Below, piece by piece: positions 50,482 through 64,000 of a DNA stretch of 64,000 nt. Positions within the stretch are counted from its first letter, which is position 1. Each line of letters opens with the position of its first letter. The stretch lies in the NCBI RefSeq assembly GCF_036321535.1, contig NC_087437.1, positions 111,726,001 to 111,790,000 of the forward strand, read 5' to 3'. Source of the stretch: Camelus dromedarius (lineage: Eukaryota). The notes under the pieces are model-generated. The model saw only the letters and a program-made list of their open reading frames with translations, made no database searches and had not been told where the DNA came from. The position numbers were made by a program, and so were the translations under genes.

Positions 50482-51047
50482 CTTATAGTTCACAAGAGAA
50501 TGTGCAGCAGAAAGGAAATGACATTAAATAAAGAATGGAAACAAAGATTTACCATAGTATTCATGATGTCAAACAGCATGTAGAAACTACACATTCATAT
50601 ACTGGCACCATAAAAAAGCTATGATGTAAACACTTCTAATAACTAAAGAAACAACACTATACTTACTTACAAGGAACATAATACTTAAAAAGAACAAATA
50701 CATAAAACTTTGTAGTAAATAAGTACATGCATGTTCTTCAGTTCTAGTTATGCATTGTACAGAAATTAGTATGACCACATGAAATCAGCAGAAACAAAAC
50801 AAACGCCTCTCGCACGCTTGTAAGAAGTCAGCTCTGAAAACATGCTGCAGGAGTCTAGCTGGGCGACAGTCTTTCCACCTGTCCTGTCAGGCCTGCCATG
50901 TTTTTTAGTAAAGCTGAGGAAGGAGCACCAACCAAAGAAAAGCAATAAAATCTAGAAGCTAGAGGTTCGAAAACATGCAACATGTTTTAAAATAGAGTGG
51001 CGGAGGATTTTCAACCTAGCGAAACTGGAAATAAAATGGTTTGTTAC

Positions 51048-51191
51048 CTGAAGGTGGAGGCGGTCTCTGTGGGGGAGCTGGGCGTGCAGGAGGGGCAACG
51101 GGGCGGGGGGGAGGAGGCCGCTTGGGTTCTAAGGTCTGGGAAGACTCTTTCTGCTGCGGTTGTGTTGCTGGCAGAGTGTCAACAGGAGAAC
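51048..51191 (-). CDS. SYNJ1: SYNJ1 exon, proline-rich domain (SSPVDT...[26 protein letters not shown])
   Basis: 144 nt, phase 1-1; SH3-binding PxxP motifs. Confidence 0.96.
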
Positions 51192-52104
51192 CTACAAAAG
51201 TGCCTCAGGTAAGAGGGTCAGGTTCCAGGTGGGTATGAGCACAAAGCGCAATTTCTACGCGCATCTCATCAATTCTCTCTTGTGCTATTTTCTAACTTTA
51301 TACTACAGCATAATGACGCACAGTTTTACTATCAACAACTTAAGCAGTTCTGCTATTCAATTATGCTTTGGTACCATGGAAGCATAAGGCTAGCTCTACC
51401 GGACCCCTTCCCCAGGCCCCAGGTGCTGAAGGGGATTTACTGAGTGGCCCCATCGAGACCGCACAAAGTACTGTAGACATAAGTCACTGTGGTCTGCTGG
51501 CCAGTGGAAAAGAAAAAGAAAAAGGGAGTCTCTTCTCTCTCTACCTTAGCTTATCTCGAATTTATTGAACGAAGCCAGACCTATAAGAGTCGCATGGGGG
51601 AACTAGGGAAATGTGTAAGGTGGAAGACATTTTCTGAAGATGCTGGTTAACATGGAACATGCAACTTAACCACGTCATGTAACAACTTCCAGAGACAAGT
51701 CTTCCCACTTTGAAGGAGTCATGACCATAAAGTTGAATTTGAAAAATTTGCTTTGTCTCTTTTGTTCCATATTATAATTTAGGTAATGTACAGACATACA
51801 GTTAAGCCCAAACAGCTAGGGGTTCTTACAAAACAATAGAAAATCATCAATGATAAGTTACGGACAAACCTGACCACGTAGAAAAAGGATGAAGAAAAAT
51901 TCTCATCCAGTGACAGTGATGAGTATCCTGTTCATTTACTACTTACAAAGTTTCCTCTTTCATATGCAGAGAAAACATGGTACACATTAGCCTATGGATA
52001 TGAAAGTTAAACAAACACGGCTCTCCAAAGGAGATCCAAGGGCATCAGAGATGTAACCTTCCAAAATCAAATGTATCAGCCAGGGAAAGTCATACAACAC
52101 TTTA

Positions 52105-52347
<243 letters not shown>

Positions 52348-52999
52348 TTAACGTTACCACCGTAACTTTCTCAGAGATTTTTTTCCACCAATCTAGGTTT
52401 TAAGGGGTTTATGACACTGTAAATACATAAAGATTAAACATGCAGGCATATATAAAAATGTATATGCATAAAACTAGGAGCACAAATGCTCTGATGGAAA
52501 ATGTAACTAAAGACCGTCTCTTGTCTCAGAGCAGAGGATGCAGGTGGTGACTCACGCCCAGAGCTGGGCTGATTCAATGGTGTTCAGTGTTCCCGTGCGC
52601 AGCTGTCTCCGTGCTGGCTGACTCAGACGCTTACCGCTCTGCCTCCAAACCTCCCATCTTACTCTAGGGCACTGCCTCCTACCCACTGCCCTCAGTTCAG
52701 GTCTGGTCCTTACAGCAGACAAGCTCTCACAGAGTCACACACCCTGCCCCAAAAATCTCCTCACTACTCTGTCCCCTGTGCTCCTCCTACCCAATATACA
52801 GCCTCTTTGCTTGAACTGAACAGGAGGAAATGGTTCTCCCCTGAGGTCTCCTCATCTCCGCTTTCCTTAGGGTTGGCAAGTGCGGTCAGGGTGCCCCTTG
52901 CAACTTAATTCCAATTCCAGAACTATAATCCTCCAACCTGGAACAAAAAGGCCTATTTCTTGGAGCTGTGCCATCAAGAAATGTATATCACACCCTCAA

Positions 53000-54950
53000 C
53001 CACCGCTTGCCGCCATAATCTCCAACCTCCCTCCTTCTGGTCACTTGAACCCATTCGTCTAGGACTAAGGACAGAGCAAGATGGCAAGTGGGTCCTATCA
53101 TCTTTCTGAGTGACACTGAAGTCCATGTGGACAACCCATCAATGGGCTAATGTCTTATCCCTGCTGCCGGTCTCCTCCACTTCAAACACATGTGTGCCCG
53201 GAACCGCAGGACCTCCGAAACAACACGCTCAAAACGCTTCACTCTGACCACCAGCTTCCAGCCTTTCAGTCTTGCCCTTGGTTACTCTTTCCTCTTTTGA
53301 CTTCAGCAGGATCCAGGCCTTCCATCCCTCCTCTTTTGGCCCCTATTCAATTCTGCGTCTCTGCATCTGTCTTCACATCCTCTGGTTCTTCACCTCGGCT
53401 GTCCCCCTCCTGCACATTCCTCCATTGCACCTGCATCGATCCCGCTGTCTGATCTCTCTATAACCGCACCAAGGCTGCCGAGGGCTGCAGCCAGAGGAAA
53501 CAACACAGTCCTGATGACTGCAGTCATGTTAACTCCGTGGGTTTCAGCCTCCTCTGGGCTCCCACAGCTGCCTGGCAATCCCACAAGTTCCTGGCTGGCT
53601 CTCTCTCCCCCTTACCCCTTCTCAGGAGTGCTATCTTGAACCTGCTCAACTCTCCGAAAACTGTGGGTTGCCTCACTCCTTAAACTTCACAGAGAAGAAG
53701 GGCAGTCTTAAGATGGAAACCCCTCTCTTCAGTAACCTGCCCCCCAGCTGGCATTGAATCACATGGTTGGCACTCATATTTGTAGATGAAAAGAATGGGG
53801 TTCTGACCACCCCTGTTTTCTCTGCCACCATGCTCTCCAGCTCATTCTCCCCTGCCCCTCCCCAATGTCGCCAGCCCTTTCCATCAGCACTAAGCCTTCT
53901 CAAGCCTCTCGATTTCAAAACTATACTCCCTGGGGCAACTGCCTTCCTATTCCCGCTCCCCCTCAACTCCGCCTTAGCCAAATTTCTTAAAAAGTTGTCT
54001 ACAGACACTCTCTGCACTTCTTCACCTTCCCTCCTCACCTCGATTTACCACCATCTGGCTTCATCACTCCACTGAAATCACTCCCCTGAACATCACCAAC
54101 AGCCTCCTCCCCGGTGCTAAACCCAAAGGGCAAGCTGCACTGCTCACTTCTCTCTCTGCAACACAGGACACCTCGGACCACGCTCCCGTTACCCTTTCTT
54201 TCCTTGATGTTTAAGCTGCTGTATTCTCCTGGCTCAATGACATTTCTAGTTGTTTCTTCTCATTTTCCTTTCATGCACAGCCTTGTTCTGCCTATCCTTA
54301 AAGTCTGAGTTTCTGTTCAATCCCAGGACCAGTCCTCTCCCATCTCTGTATAATCCCCCTGGCCATGCTAATAAACACGCAGGACTCTAACTCTCACTGG
54401 GGCTGCCTCGCGGGTCCAGAGCTCTCTGCTGAGCAACAGTCCACACACCCACAGCCTGGGCCCGACAGACCTCACAGACCCCTCAGATCCAACATGCTCA
54501 AAACCAGTATCTCCTGCCATCCACCCTGCTCCTCCTCCCGCACTTCACCTCACTTACTCCCACACAAGCGTACCTGCAGTGTCTGCTTAGATCCTTTTTC
54601 CCCCTTAGGCCTCTGAACACTCCTCCTTTCTGATTCACCCTGCTCTATTCTCTTTAATCTAATTCTCACCCAGTCCTCAGATTCTCAATTTCAATTTCTC
54701 TGGGAACTTTCCCAACTTCCCAACTCTAGGTTAGACAAGTGTCCCATAACTCCTGTACCATCGTCCCCTTGTGCACTGATGTCACATGATTATAACTGCC
54801 TGCTTACTTGTATGTAGCACCCACTGAGCTGTGAGTCTGGGGAGTGCAAGGATGACATCTGTTGAATTTCTAGCACCTAGCATGTACCTGGCATATAAAA
54901 GGTACTGCATAAATGTGGGGACTAAGCAAACAAATGAACAGAGACTGAAA
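53000..54950 (+). mobile_element. L2 LINE remnant
   Basis: Pyrimidine-rich L2-type motifs (cactccactgaaa, catcaccaac, ccaacatgctcaaaacc, tctagcacctagcatgtacctggcat...aaatgaa); fragmented. Confidence 0.6.
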
Positions 54951-55574
54951 ATGAGACAATCTAAGGTGTTCAACTCTGAAATGCATTATCTAGCTATACA
55001 GGGTATCACAATATGATGTATGTCATTTTATAAACTAAGGTATGCATTTTAATGGAAACTATGCTAAAATAAAATAGCAGATAGTATGAGAAAGCAAATG
55101 CATTTCTTAATCACATTTAAGCAAATTATTATCTTGAAATAACCTGTCCCAAATTCTAAAGTTGAAATGATTACATTTATATAGGTGTGAAGGGTTCAGT
55201 TTCAAATGCATGTGTTCCTAGCCACTTGGAAAATCTTTTAAAGTTAATTTTGAAATATATCCCCTTTTGTAGCAACTATTTTGAACTCATTTCTGCACAA
55301 TGAACTTCTCCTTTTTTACCTTAAGGACAATTAGTGGGACCAAACCATACACCCAAAATACCAATTTGTGCTCTTATCACATAAGGACATCAACATTTGT
55401 AAAGGTCTTAACCTATGAATGGCCCAATGGCAAATACATCTGAAGTCTGGGTACGAGTAAAATACACACAATACAATGCAAAACAAAACCTAATTAATAT
55501 TGCTCTGTGTGTTACAAGAAGGAAGAAAAGGATAAACTCGGAGGCTGAGACTTCACTGATGGGAAGGAAACTTA

Positions 55575-55775
<201 letters not shown>

Positions 55776-57329
55776 CTAGGTAAGTAACAGAGATATAAAA
55801 TAAAAATTCATTGGCATGAAAATTAACTCTCTGGGAATAAAGTGACTGCCTTAGTTATACTACGCAACAGTATAGGCTCAATTCGGCTACACTCAATTCA
55901 AAATAAACTGTTTTACATATACTGCATTTTTAACTAGTTAAAAATGTTCCCAATTCTCCCTTCAAAAGCCTATGTTGCTAAATCTAAGGTCTTCTTTTCC
56001 AGAATGCACACAGATTTAAGTTTCCTTTGCTGACAGTATCTTCCGAAGGTGAGATATAAATTCACTGACAATTCTGCTTCATCATTTTATACTTCCTAGG
56101 GTTTTGAGATACAGATTAAATCACTGTTCTTATGTGAAACAACTTCAGAAAGGACGGTGGACAATCCTTAAAATACTTTCCCTGTTCATTCGGTATAAGG
56201 GTAACTTTCTAACTTGGTATAATGGTCTTGAAAGTTACTTATACTGCCAAAGTAGTTTCAGCATTTCAAATGTCAGAAGAATAATGAGAGAATTTAAGAC
56301 CATTTTTAATCTTCAACAAAAGTTAATCATTCTAAAAACAGAAAGGCTGGTATCTATGACACTGGCACCCTGCCTTTCCCATAAATATGAGCAGCTTTTA
56401 GATAAAAGTATAATCTAAACCAACCAGTACATTATAATCAAGGTATACTGTCCTGTCGATGTATTAAAAAAATACTCTCCTTGGCTCAAAGTGCTATTGA
56501 CAGTAGAATTCTTTGAAGGCATAGGATGGAGAGATTGAAAGCTGCTGGCATGAATAGCACAGCTATGTATGAGAGTAATTAGTGTCTACATTGAGCTTTG
56601 AAGTCAAAGTCCTAAGGACTAATTCTTTACTCACTTATTAGACCACATCAGTTAAACTTCAGAACTTGGCAACAGGCTTCATAGGTCATTTGTTACTTTT
56701 TAAAGTCAACCACATTCTTTATGTATTTGCCAAAGAATACCAACAAGTATTCTTAAGCCCCAGTCACTATCATGGCCATTTAAGATGAACTTCCTTAAGA
56801 ATATCCACTTGGCAGAAATTGGAGCCCAGAGAAAAGAAAAAAAAATTACGTGACAGAAAAGGAAATGCTCAAGAAGGTCATCCTTTAGGTTTGCCCTGCT
56901 GAAGCTGTATACTTTTTCCAGATTCTCCCCTGAAATGGAAGAGTTCCTATTGATCTATTTGCAGCTAGAAGATTTTGGGCTGAAATAACAGTACTAACAA
57001 AGATAGACCAGAGGCGTAGAAATGTCTAACTTTCAAAAGGATAAATCAAACATTATGTATTTTCCAAAAACATTATTTTCTCAGAATTTTGAAAATCTTT
57101 TAAGGGAGCTAAGGCGGCTACTTTCTAAGAGCATAACATAGATGACCAGACTTGAGGGTGAGGAACAGAGCTGAAAAGAAGGAAGGAAAAACAAAACTAG
57201 GAAAATTATCAGGGAAAGGTAAAAGAAATATTCAGGAAGGGAATAAGGCTGACAAAGTACCAAAATGAGAGTTGCTCTTAAATGTGTCTTCATGGGATGA
57301 GGAAGGGCTTTTAAGAGGTCAAAGGTAGA

Positions 57330-58090
57330 ATTAAATTTTAAAATCAATACTTTCCATATGGTGAAGACACAGCAAAGTCACAAGACAAGCTGGGAAGAGT
57401 ATCTTCAGCACATTATAAAAAGGGATTAACATCAAGGGAGCTTCAAAAGATGAATACCCCAATGGGGAATGGGCTAGGTCATAAACAGCTTGTCAGAGAA
57501 GTACAAATGACCAATAAATTAAAAAAACTAGTAATCAAAGTATTAACACAGAAATGACATAGTACTTCTAGTTCTACAGATTGTCGAAGTTAAAAAATAC
57601 CCCATTTTGATTAGGATGTTGGATATTAGGTAATCCGAGTCACAATGCAACTAGATACATTCTTTCTAAAGAGCAATTAGCCAATAAACATCAAATTTTC
57701 ATATGCCTATATTCTTTGACATTCCAAATGTACATTTAAGAATTTATCTTAAGGAATAACAGGATAAGCATGCACAATTATAGTGTATACAGGGGTTCCC
57801 TGGAATGTTGTTTTTAATTATTAAAAGTTGGGAACAATCCAGATGTCTACTAATAAGAGTCTGGTTAAGTAAATTTATATTTATATTTATATATTTATCT
57901 ACATAATGAAACTAATTCAGCCATTAAAAATGACATGTTTGTTCATGTAGATGTCCATGATTCATATAGCTCATTTGTGTTAATATATATATGCATATAT
58001 GAAGCTTAAGAAAAATTATTTTGTAATGGTCAGATTACAAACAGTCTTTATTATTTTTCTTTATACTTTTCTGTATTTCTTGATTTATTT
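57330..58090 (+). mobile_element. Ancient L1 (L1ME-like) fragment
   Basis: caaatgaccaataaa, taagaatttatcttaagg, cagccattaaaaatga motifs. Confidence 0.55.
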
Positions 58091-58938
58091 TTGCATGAGT
58101 ATATTACTAGCGCATTCAGGAAAAACAAATAAAATCTTACAAAATCTATTTCAAAAACAATAAATGGATGAAAATCTTTTTCTCCAAGTGGAAGTTCTGA
58201 AACAGAAGAGGAAGCTCAGGAAAATCTTTATGGAATTACCTACCATTGGAGAAATTAGGCCTTGATTTTAGTCCAGTCTATTGATCATATACTTAGATAT
58301 TTAGGATTTGTCTGAAACCATTCACGAAACACTAGTGGACATAGACAGCATCTTACAGAAGTAAAATTATTCTAGGCCATTGATGTAAATTTCTCCCATC
58401 AATGACACTTCAAATCACAGGCTAGGAACATCTCCACTAATTAAAAATTTCTAAAATGCCTCAATGGGATGGACTTGTTACCTATGGGAATTATTCTACC
58501 TTTGCTTGAAAAAAGGTACCTGGGTACCATGATCCAAGCCAATAAAACAAGTTCCTTAGACTAATGAGCACCTTCCTCCCTTGTTTTCTTGTAAATAAAG
58601 CATTTTCTTCATTTGCTAGAAATCTGTTCTACTATATAGATGAGCCATAGTAACTATTCCAATTAAAAATTTTAGTTTTATATAAAAAAATAATAAAAAT
58701 AAAATTGGGTAATAATACTTTTTTTTCTTAGTCTATAGCCATGATTAATATCTCTAGGGAGGGACCAAAATAATCTTAAATTAATCTGAAACCTAGTCTA
58801 AATAATAAATGTTAAAGTACACCATAAGGTCTTTTATCCTCTTGAACTAGAAATATATTTAGATAATTTGCTGTATGCCTATAAAAATACAATCTTCAGA
58901 TACTTAGTTGCAGAATGGTTTAGAATCAACAAACTTAC

Positions 58939-59017
58939 CTCTTTACCATTCAGGCTCAGAACACTCAAGGCAGAGCTTCCCTCCAAAAATGTAACCCACA
59001 TTTTATCTTCTACAAAT
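58939..59017 (-). CDS. SYNJ1: SYNJ1 exon, RRM ([27 protein letters not shown])
   Basis: 79 nt, phase 2-0, AG/GTAAGT. Confidence 0.96.
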
Positions 59018-59167
59018 CTTTAAGGAAGAGAAAAACAAACAATAAACAACTATAATTAATATTCAGTTTATAACTAGCTCAGTGACTAGTCCAATGATTA
59101 CTGATTCACGAAGGCTTACAGAGGCCAGAAAGTAAAAACACAAGAGCGAGAGCAGTGGGGCCAGTGG

Positions 59168-59185
59168 TGACCTGCAGAGGGCACT
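59168..59185 (+). promoter_or_regulatory. CTCF-like motif
   Basis: TGACCTGCAGAGGGCACT. Confidence 0.4.
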
Positions 59186-59510
59186 CTTCCCCTAAAAGCG
59201 TTCAAATACAAATTTCTTTCAAGTACTATGTTAGTTAATAGAACAGTCTGCCAGAAGAAATGGGCCTGTGGACCTCCAGTTATGATCCCTGCTAATCTAA
59301 TCTTTCATTTCATTGACAAGAGAAAAAGGGCCAGAGGTTAAGGGGCTTGTTCAAAGTGACCCTACGAGGAGAGTAAGTTACAGGGCTAGGATCCCAGTCT
59401 CCCAAGCCTGGAATCCAGTACTCTGTATTGCCACTGTCTCAGTGACTTTCCTGAAGCAAATTTCCTGAAGCAAATTTCTTTTGACCAAGAAAGAAGGCAG
59501 GGAGTTGTCA

Positions 59511-59537
59511 CAACAACAACAACAACAACAACAACAA
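59511..59537. repeat. (CAA)9 microsatellite
   Basis: Directly visible. Confidence 0.95.
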
Positions 59538-59907
59538 AGTCTGTCAGTCAGTCACTCAATCAGACTGGCCCGAGGGAGTCTTAGGTTATGGTCCTGTCTT
59601 TATTTATTCAATGACAGCCAGTTACTCTCTTGAGACTTCAAAGCCTTACTGTGATTCTAAGTTTATAGTTTTGAGATAAGAAACCCACAAAAGGAAAAAT
59701 AGAAAGGCCATTAGAACAAGTTCTGAAGAAGACGGTCACTGATATGAAATAATGTTATCATGAAAAAAGAATAAAACAAATTATAACATTATGAGTCTTA
59801 TTTATAGAAACAATTTTAACAGTTGAACTAAATCCAAACTGTATTTATAAATTCAGAAATCCTTGCAGATCTTTCAGATGAGAAATGGCAAAACACACAG
59901 ACGTGTG

Positions 59908-59911
<4 letters not shown>

Positions 59912-59944
<33 letters not shown>
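59912..59944. repeat. (CA)16 microsatellite
   Basis: Directly visible. Confidence 0.95.
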
Positions 59945-59946
<2 letters not shown>

Positions 59947-61939
59947 AACTTAGGTAAGAGACTCAATTTCTTGGCATGAAGTTATTACTAAGTTGCAGGA
60001 TGCTATTGTTTGAACAACATAGGGACACCATTCCTACCTAAAGATTATGAAGGGATCTTAGTCAAATTGTTGACAACGGACAATAACCTTCCTCCAAAGG
60101 TTATAATCACTACTATACAGCTGCACTCAGGCTGCACCAGTCTCCCCGACCCCAAGCAGCATTTGTTCTTTGATGGTGGAACCAAAGCATTTGTGATCAT
60201 AAGGCAGGGCTAATTTCTTGGTCCTATTCTTAACTGCCAGTGTGTCCCTTACACGTTTTTTAACTTTAACAAGTTAACTGTTAACTGGATTCTGATTCTG
60301 ATAACCCACAGATTTATGTAGGACATTTCAGAAGCTGTGTTTTCTTCCTATTTTCACTCACTAGGATAAAAACTACACTTTTCCCCCAATAAGTATCTAA
60401 ATTTGCCCAGTCTACATTTCCAGAAAATCTCTTAATTACATGTAAAGGGGTGTACAGACTTGAGCCACTCCTTAATGGTTACCTTATTCTAGACCAAAAG
60501 GTGATAATCAGTTTAGCCTTACCTGTGACAGCAGTCCTGTCCTTGTTTACTTTCAGCGTCTGCTTTTTCTAGTCTAACTTGGATATCTTAAGGTGTAACA
60601 ACTGGAATATTCCGTGTGAGGAGGCACCCCATGGTTTTATAATGTTAGAGTAATGCCTTGTTCTGTTACCAATACTTCTTCCAATGACAACAAGCATTTG
60701 GGGGGGAAGCTTTTGGCTCTAATTTAATACCAAGTTCTTTGAGACTAGGATACAGACAAGACAGTCCTCTTCAGAGTCTTTCATCCCTGAAGTGCACTTC
60801 AGGTTCTGTCTAGCCCAGTGCAATATTTCACACTTGCTCAAAGGACGTTTATCTGCTACTTGGCCGCCCACTCACACAGTCCACATGATGGTCCCGGTGG
60901 TTTGGCATTTCTGTACTTGGCAAAGCTTACTGTCATCTGTAAACTTGCAGATTTCACTATGGACTTGCTAGAGCCTTACAATTTTCAGGTATTTCATGTC
61001 TCATTTTAAATCCTTGGGGTAGATCTTTGTCAAACGGTTTGAGGGAAGTCTAAACACAATTTCCTCTCTATTTGCCCATTTACTCTCTAAAAGGACTCTA
61101 GGGTTCTCAGTCATGTTCCTCACTCAACAAGAAATCATACCAACTTCATTCTGTGGACAATTGTGTTTAGGAGCTAGGGAGGCCATTATACATATGCTGA
61201 TCACCCCTAGATTCCAGACAGGAATTGAGTCTTCAGTTTCTCCTCTGCTCTTCCACAGCACCTAGTATAGAGATGTGCCCACCAACTGTCTATAAAACAC
61301 ACCTAAATAAGCAGATGGACAGCACAGAAAGGAACTTAATAGTACCTCTTCTGTATGGAAGTCAGACACATATGTTTTTCAATGTCTCAAAACTGCTGCA
61401 CATTCAGAAGAGAACTTTTTTTTTAACAACAAAAGAGGCATCTGGTTCTGCAAAAGGCACATGGTTAAGTCGCTGACGGGAACCAAGACAGGAACGGGTG
61501 ACTCCTGACTGTTCCCCTAGCAGTACTGCTTCTCCATTAGCTGGAAATTAAATGACTTAAAATTATTAAAATATTAAATTTCTTAAACCTAGGGCAAAAC
61601 AGTCACTCCACTTTACTCTTACCTCTCCTTGAAAAAAAACAGCAATCACATCTTCATTTTGCCACAGGTTTACATGTTATATAGCATATTAATCTTGAGA
61701 GAACACATTTAAATGTGCACATATTTTTGTTTATCAATTGTTCATATACAGTTTCACGACTCAAGAATTCAGTTTCAAAACCTATGAGCCCTTTGAATAA
61801 TACTTCTATAGTGTGATTTTCTTTTAGTTTGAAAATACAAATACTCACACACTAGTCAAACATAAAGTAAGTGATTTCTAATACAGAAAATATTACTTAT
61901 GAGTCATGAGTTGCTTTTGGACAATACATACTTTACTCA

Positions 61940-62182
<243 letters not shown>

Positions 62183-62233
62183 TTAGAAACATTTAAGAAA
62201 GGATGTATTTCAAGTAAACTGCAAGCACGGTTA

Positions 62234-62452
<219 letters not shown>

Positions 62453-62982
62453 TCACCAGCTTCAGTTTTCTGAGGCTGGGACGCCAGACACACTTGCTAA
62501 GAGGCAGGAAGCATACACACCATTAGGTTAGAAAGGTTCTTTGGTGAGGTTATCATGCTATGCTTTACTTAGTTAAAATTAAAATGAGCCTTTACTGAGA
62601 TTACTTAAAGGCCTGTGACCAAACAGGGTTTCACACATAATTCAACAGACAAGTAGCAGTTCAAAATATTTGCAAACCACTTGACTTATTCAAGTTAAAA
62701 ACCTTAATTAGCATCCAGCCAACAATTTTATAAAGAGGTTTCCTTGCTTTTCTTTATATGACACTATGTCACTGAAAGAAAATAGACTGAAAAATTAAAT
62801 AATTATAAGCAGGTCTGAGAATTTTTTTTAAGTTTTACTTTTAAATTGCATTGATTTTATCCTAGATAACCTTTATTGAAAAAAAAAGTAGCCCATCTCT
62901 CTCCTTATTTGATATTTATATCATTTCCCTTTTTCTTTGTAAAATTTGCACTAACTCATTTAAATGAACCCCATTTCCCGAC

Positions 62983-63139
62983 CTGATCTGTCGAAAGGCC
63001 ATTTCCGTCTTCTCCAGAGGACACGGTCTGTCCACGCAGGAGTGCGGCACTTCTCACTGGTGTCATAGTCATCGGAAAACAAATCGTATTTGTATGTTGG
63101 AGCAAAGGTTACTTTTCCTTCTAAAAATCCCCTAAAGAT
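62983..63139 (-). CDS. SYNJ1: SYNJ1 exon, inositol 5-phosphatase domain ([18 protein letters not shown]...PAWTDRVLW...DRS); gene continues beyond the window
   Basis: 157 nt, phase 0-1; PTYKY and PAWTDRVLW catalytic signature motifs. Confidence 0.97.
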
Positions 63140-64000
63140 CTAAAATGAACATACACAAAGTAAGTTATTCAAAAAGGCAAAAATGTTCTGTTTTCACTCA
63201 GGCAGCCATTCATTAAATATCTACTATGTGCTGGAGACGCTCATGTGAAATCTACGTGCCTCTGATGAACACTTCTAACTGAATGGACAGACCTTAAGGA
63301 AAATAACTTAAGACTTGGCCTTTTTCATGACACTTGTCTAACATTTGGTTAAACAAAGTACAAAAACATGAACGGTGGAATTCCATGAGACTTTTGCGCT
63401 ATATGAGGTATTTAGAACTGTATGGAATTTTGGAAATCACAGAGTCTGGTGTCTTACTCTCAAATGAGGAAGTGGGGCCTTAGAAAGTTACACAGTACCC
63501 AAAGTGTTAGAATTTAAGGCGGATGACCACAAAGGTACCATATCAAATGGCCTCAATCACTTCTTTTAAAAAAAAAATTTTTTTTAGTAAGTTCTTCCCA
63601 AATCTTATGGTCACAAGTTTTAAGAAGTAAGTTTCAAAAAGTCAGATTATATGAGAAACAACAGCAAAAAATAAAGCCAATTACCATAGGTTCTTAAAGG
63701 CAAAAAAGCAGTAGCCCTGATGAGTAAGATTCTAAATTTGCTATTACTGAAAAAAAAAAGCATATTCTTCTACTTGAAAGTGAATCTCATAGAGACATAA
63801 TACCTTTTGCCCCCGGGAATTATTATGAGTTTTTCTTTCCTTTTCTTTTTTTAAAAGAGAAGCTAGTTTTACAGCTGTTAAACTATAAATATATATTTAT
63901 TAAGTATAGAGAGACTCCAAGAGATTAAAAGAAAAAGCAATAGTTTGATTAAGGAACGTATGTTTTCATAACCGAAGATCCTCTTCTTAATGCAAGTACT

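Noticed and set aside
63140..64000. Further SYNJ1 exon
   Set aside because: No match to the expected preceding peptide; the sequence is intronic

Overview
This is mammalian genomic DNA, probably camelid judging by tRNA-derived Vic-1-type SINEs and L1 3' ends. It is syntenic to human 21q22.11. It holds the complete 7-exon CFAP298 (C21orf59) gene on the minus strand (CDS 31376->20993, 873 nt, 290 aa) with a CpG-island promoter. It also holds the 3' half of SYNJ1 on the minus strand: 15 exons from 63139 to the stop at 37837, including the 24-nt stop exon of the 145-kDa isoform, plus a ~2.2-kb 3'UTR. Bases 1-20 kb are repeat-rich intergenic sequence with no supportable coding gene. I found no convincing novel multi-gene system. 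The best leads are an unexplained ~250-bp fold-back at 5.6-5.9 kb, two candidate unannotated SYNJ1 exons, apparent loss of both DPF motifs in the SYNJ1-170 tail, a duplicated ETS+RFX promoter module, and a possible transcript converging on the CFAP298 3' end. Human comparisons and repeat family names are from memory, not database searches, and repeat boundaries are approximate.
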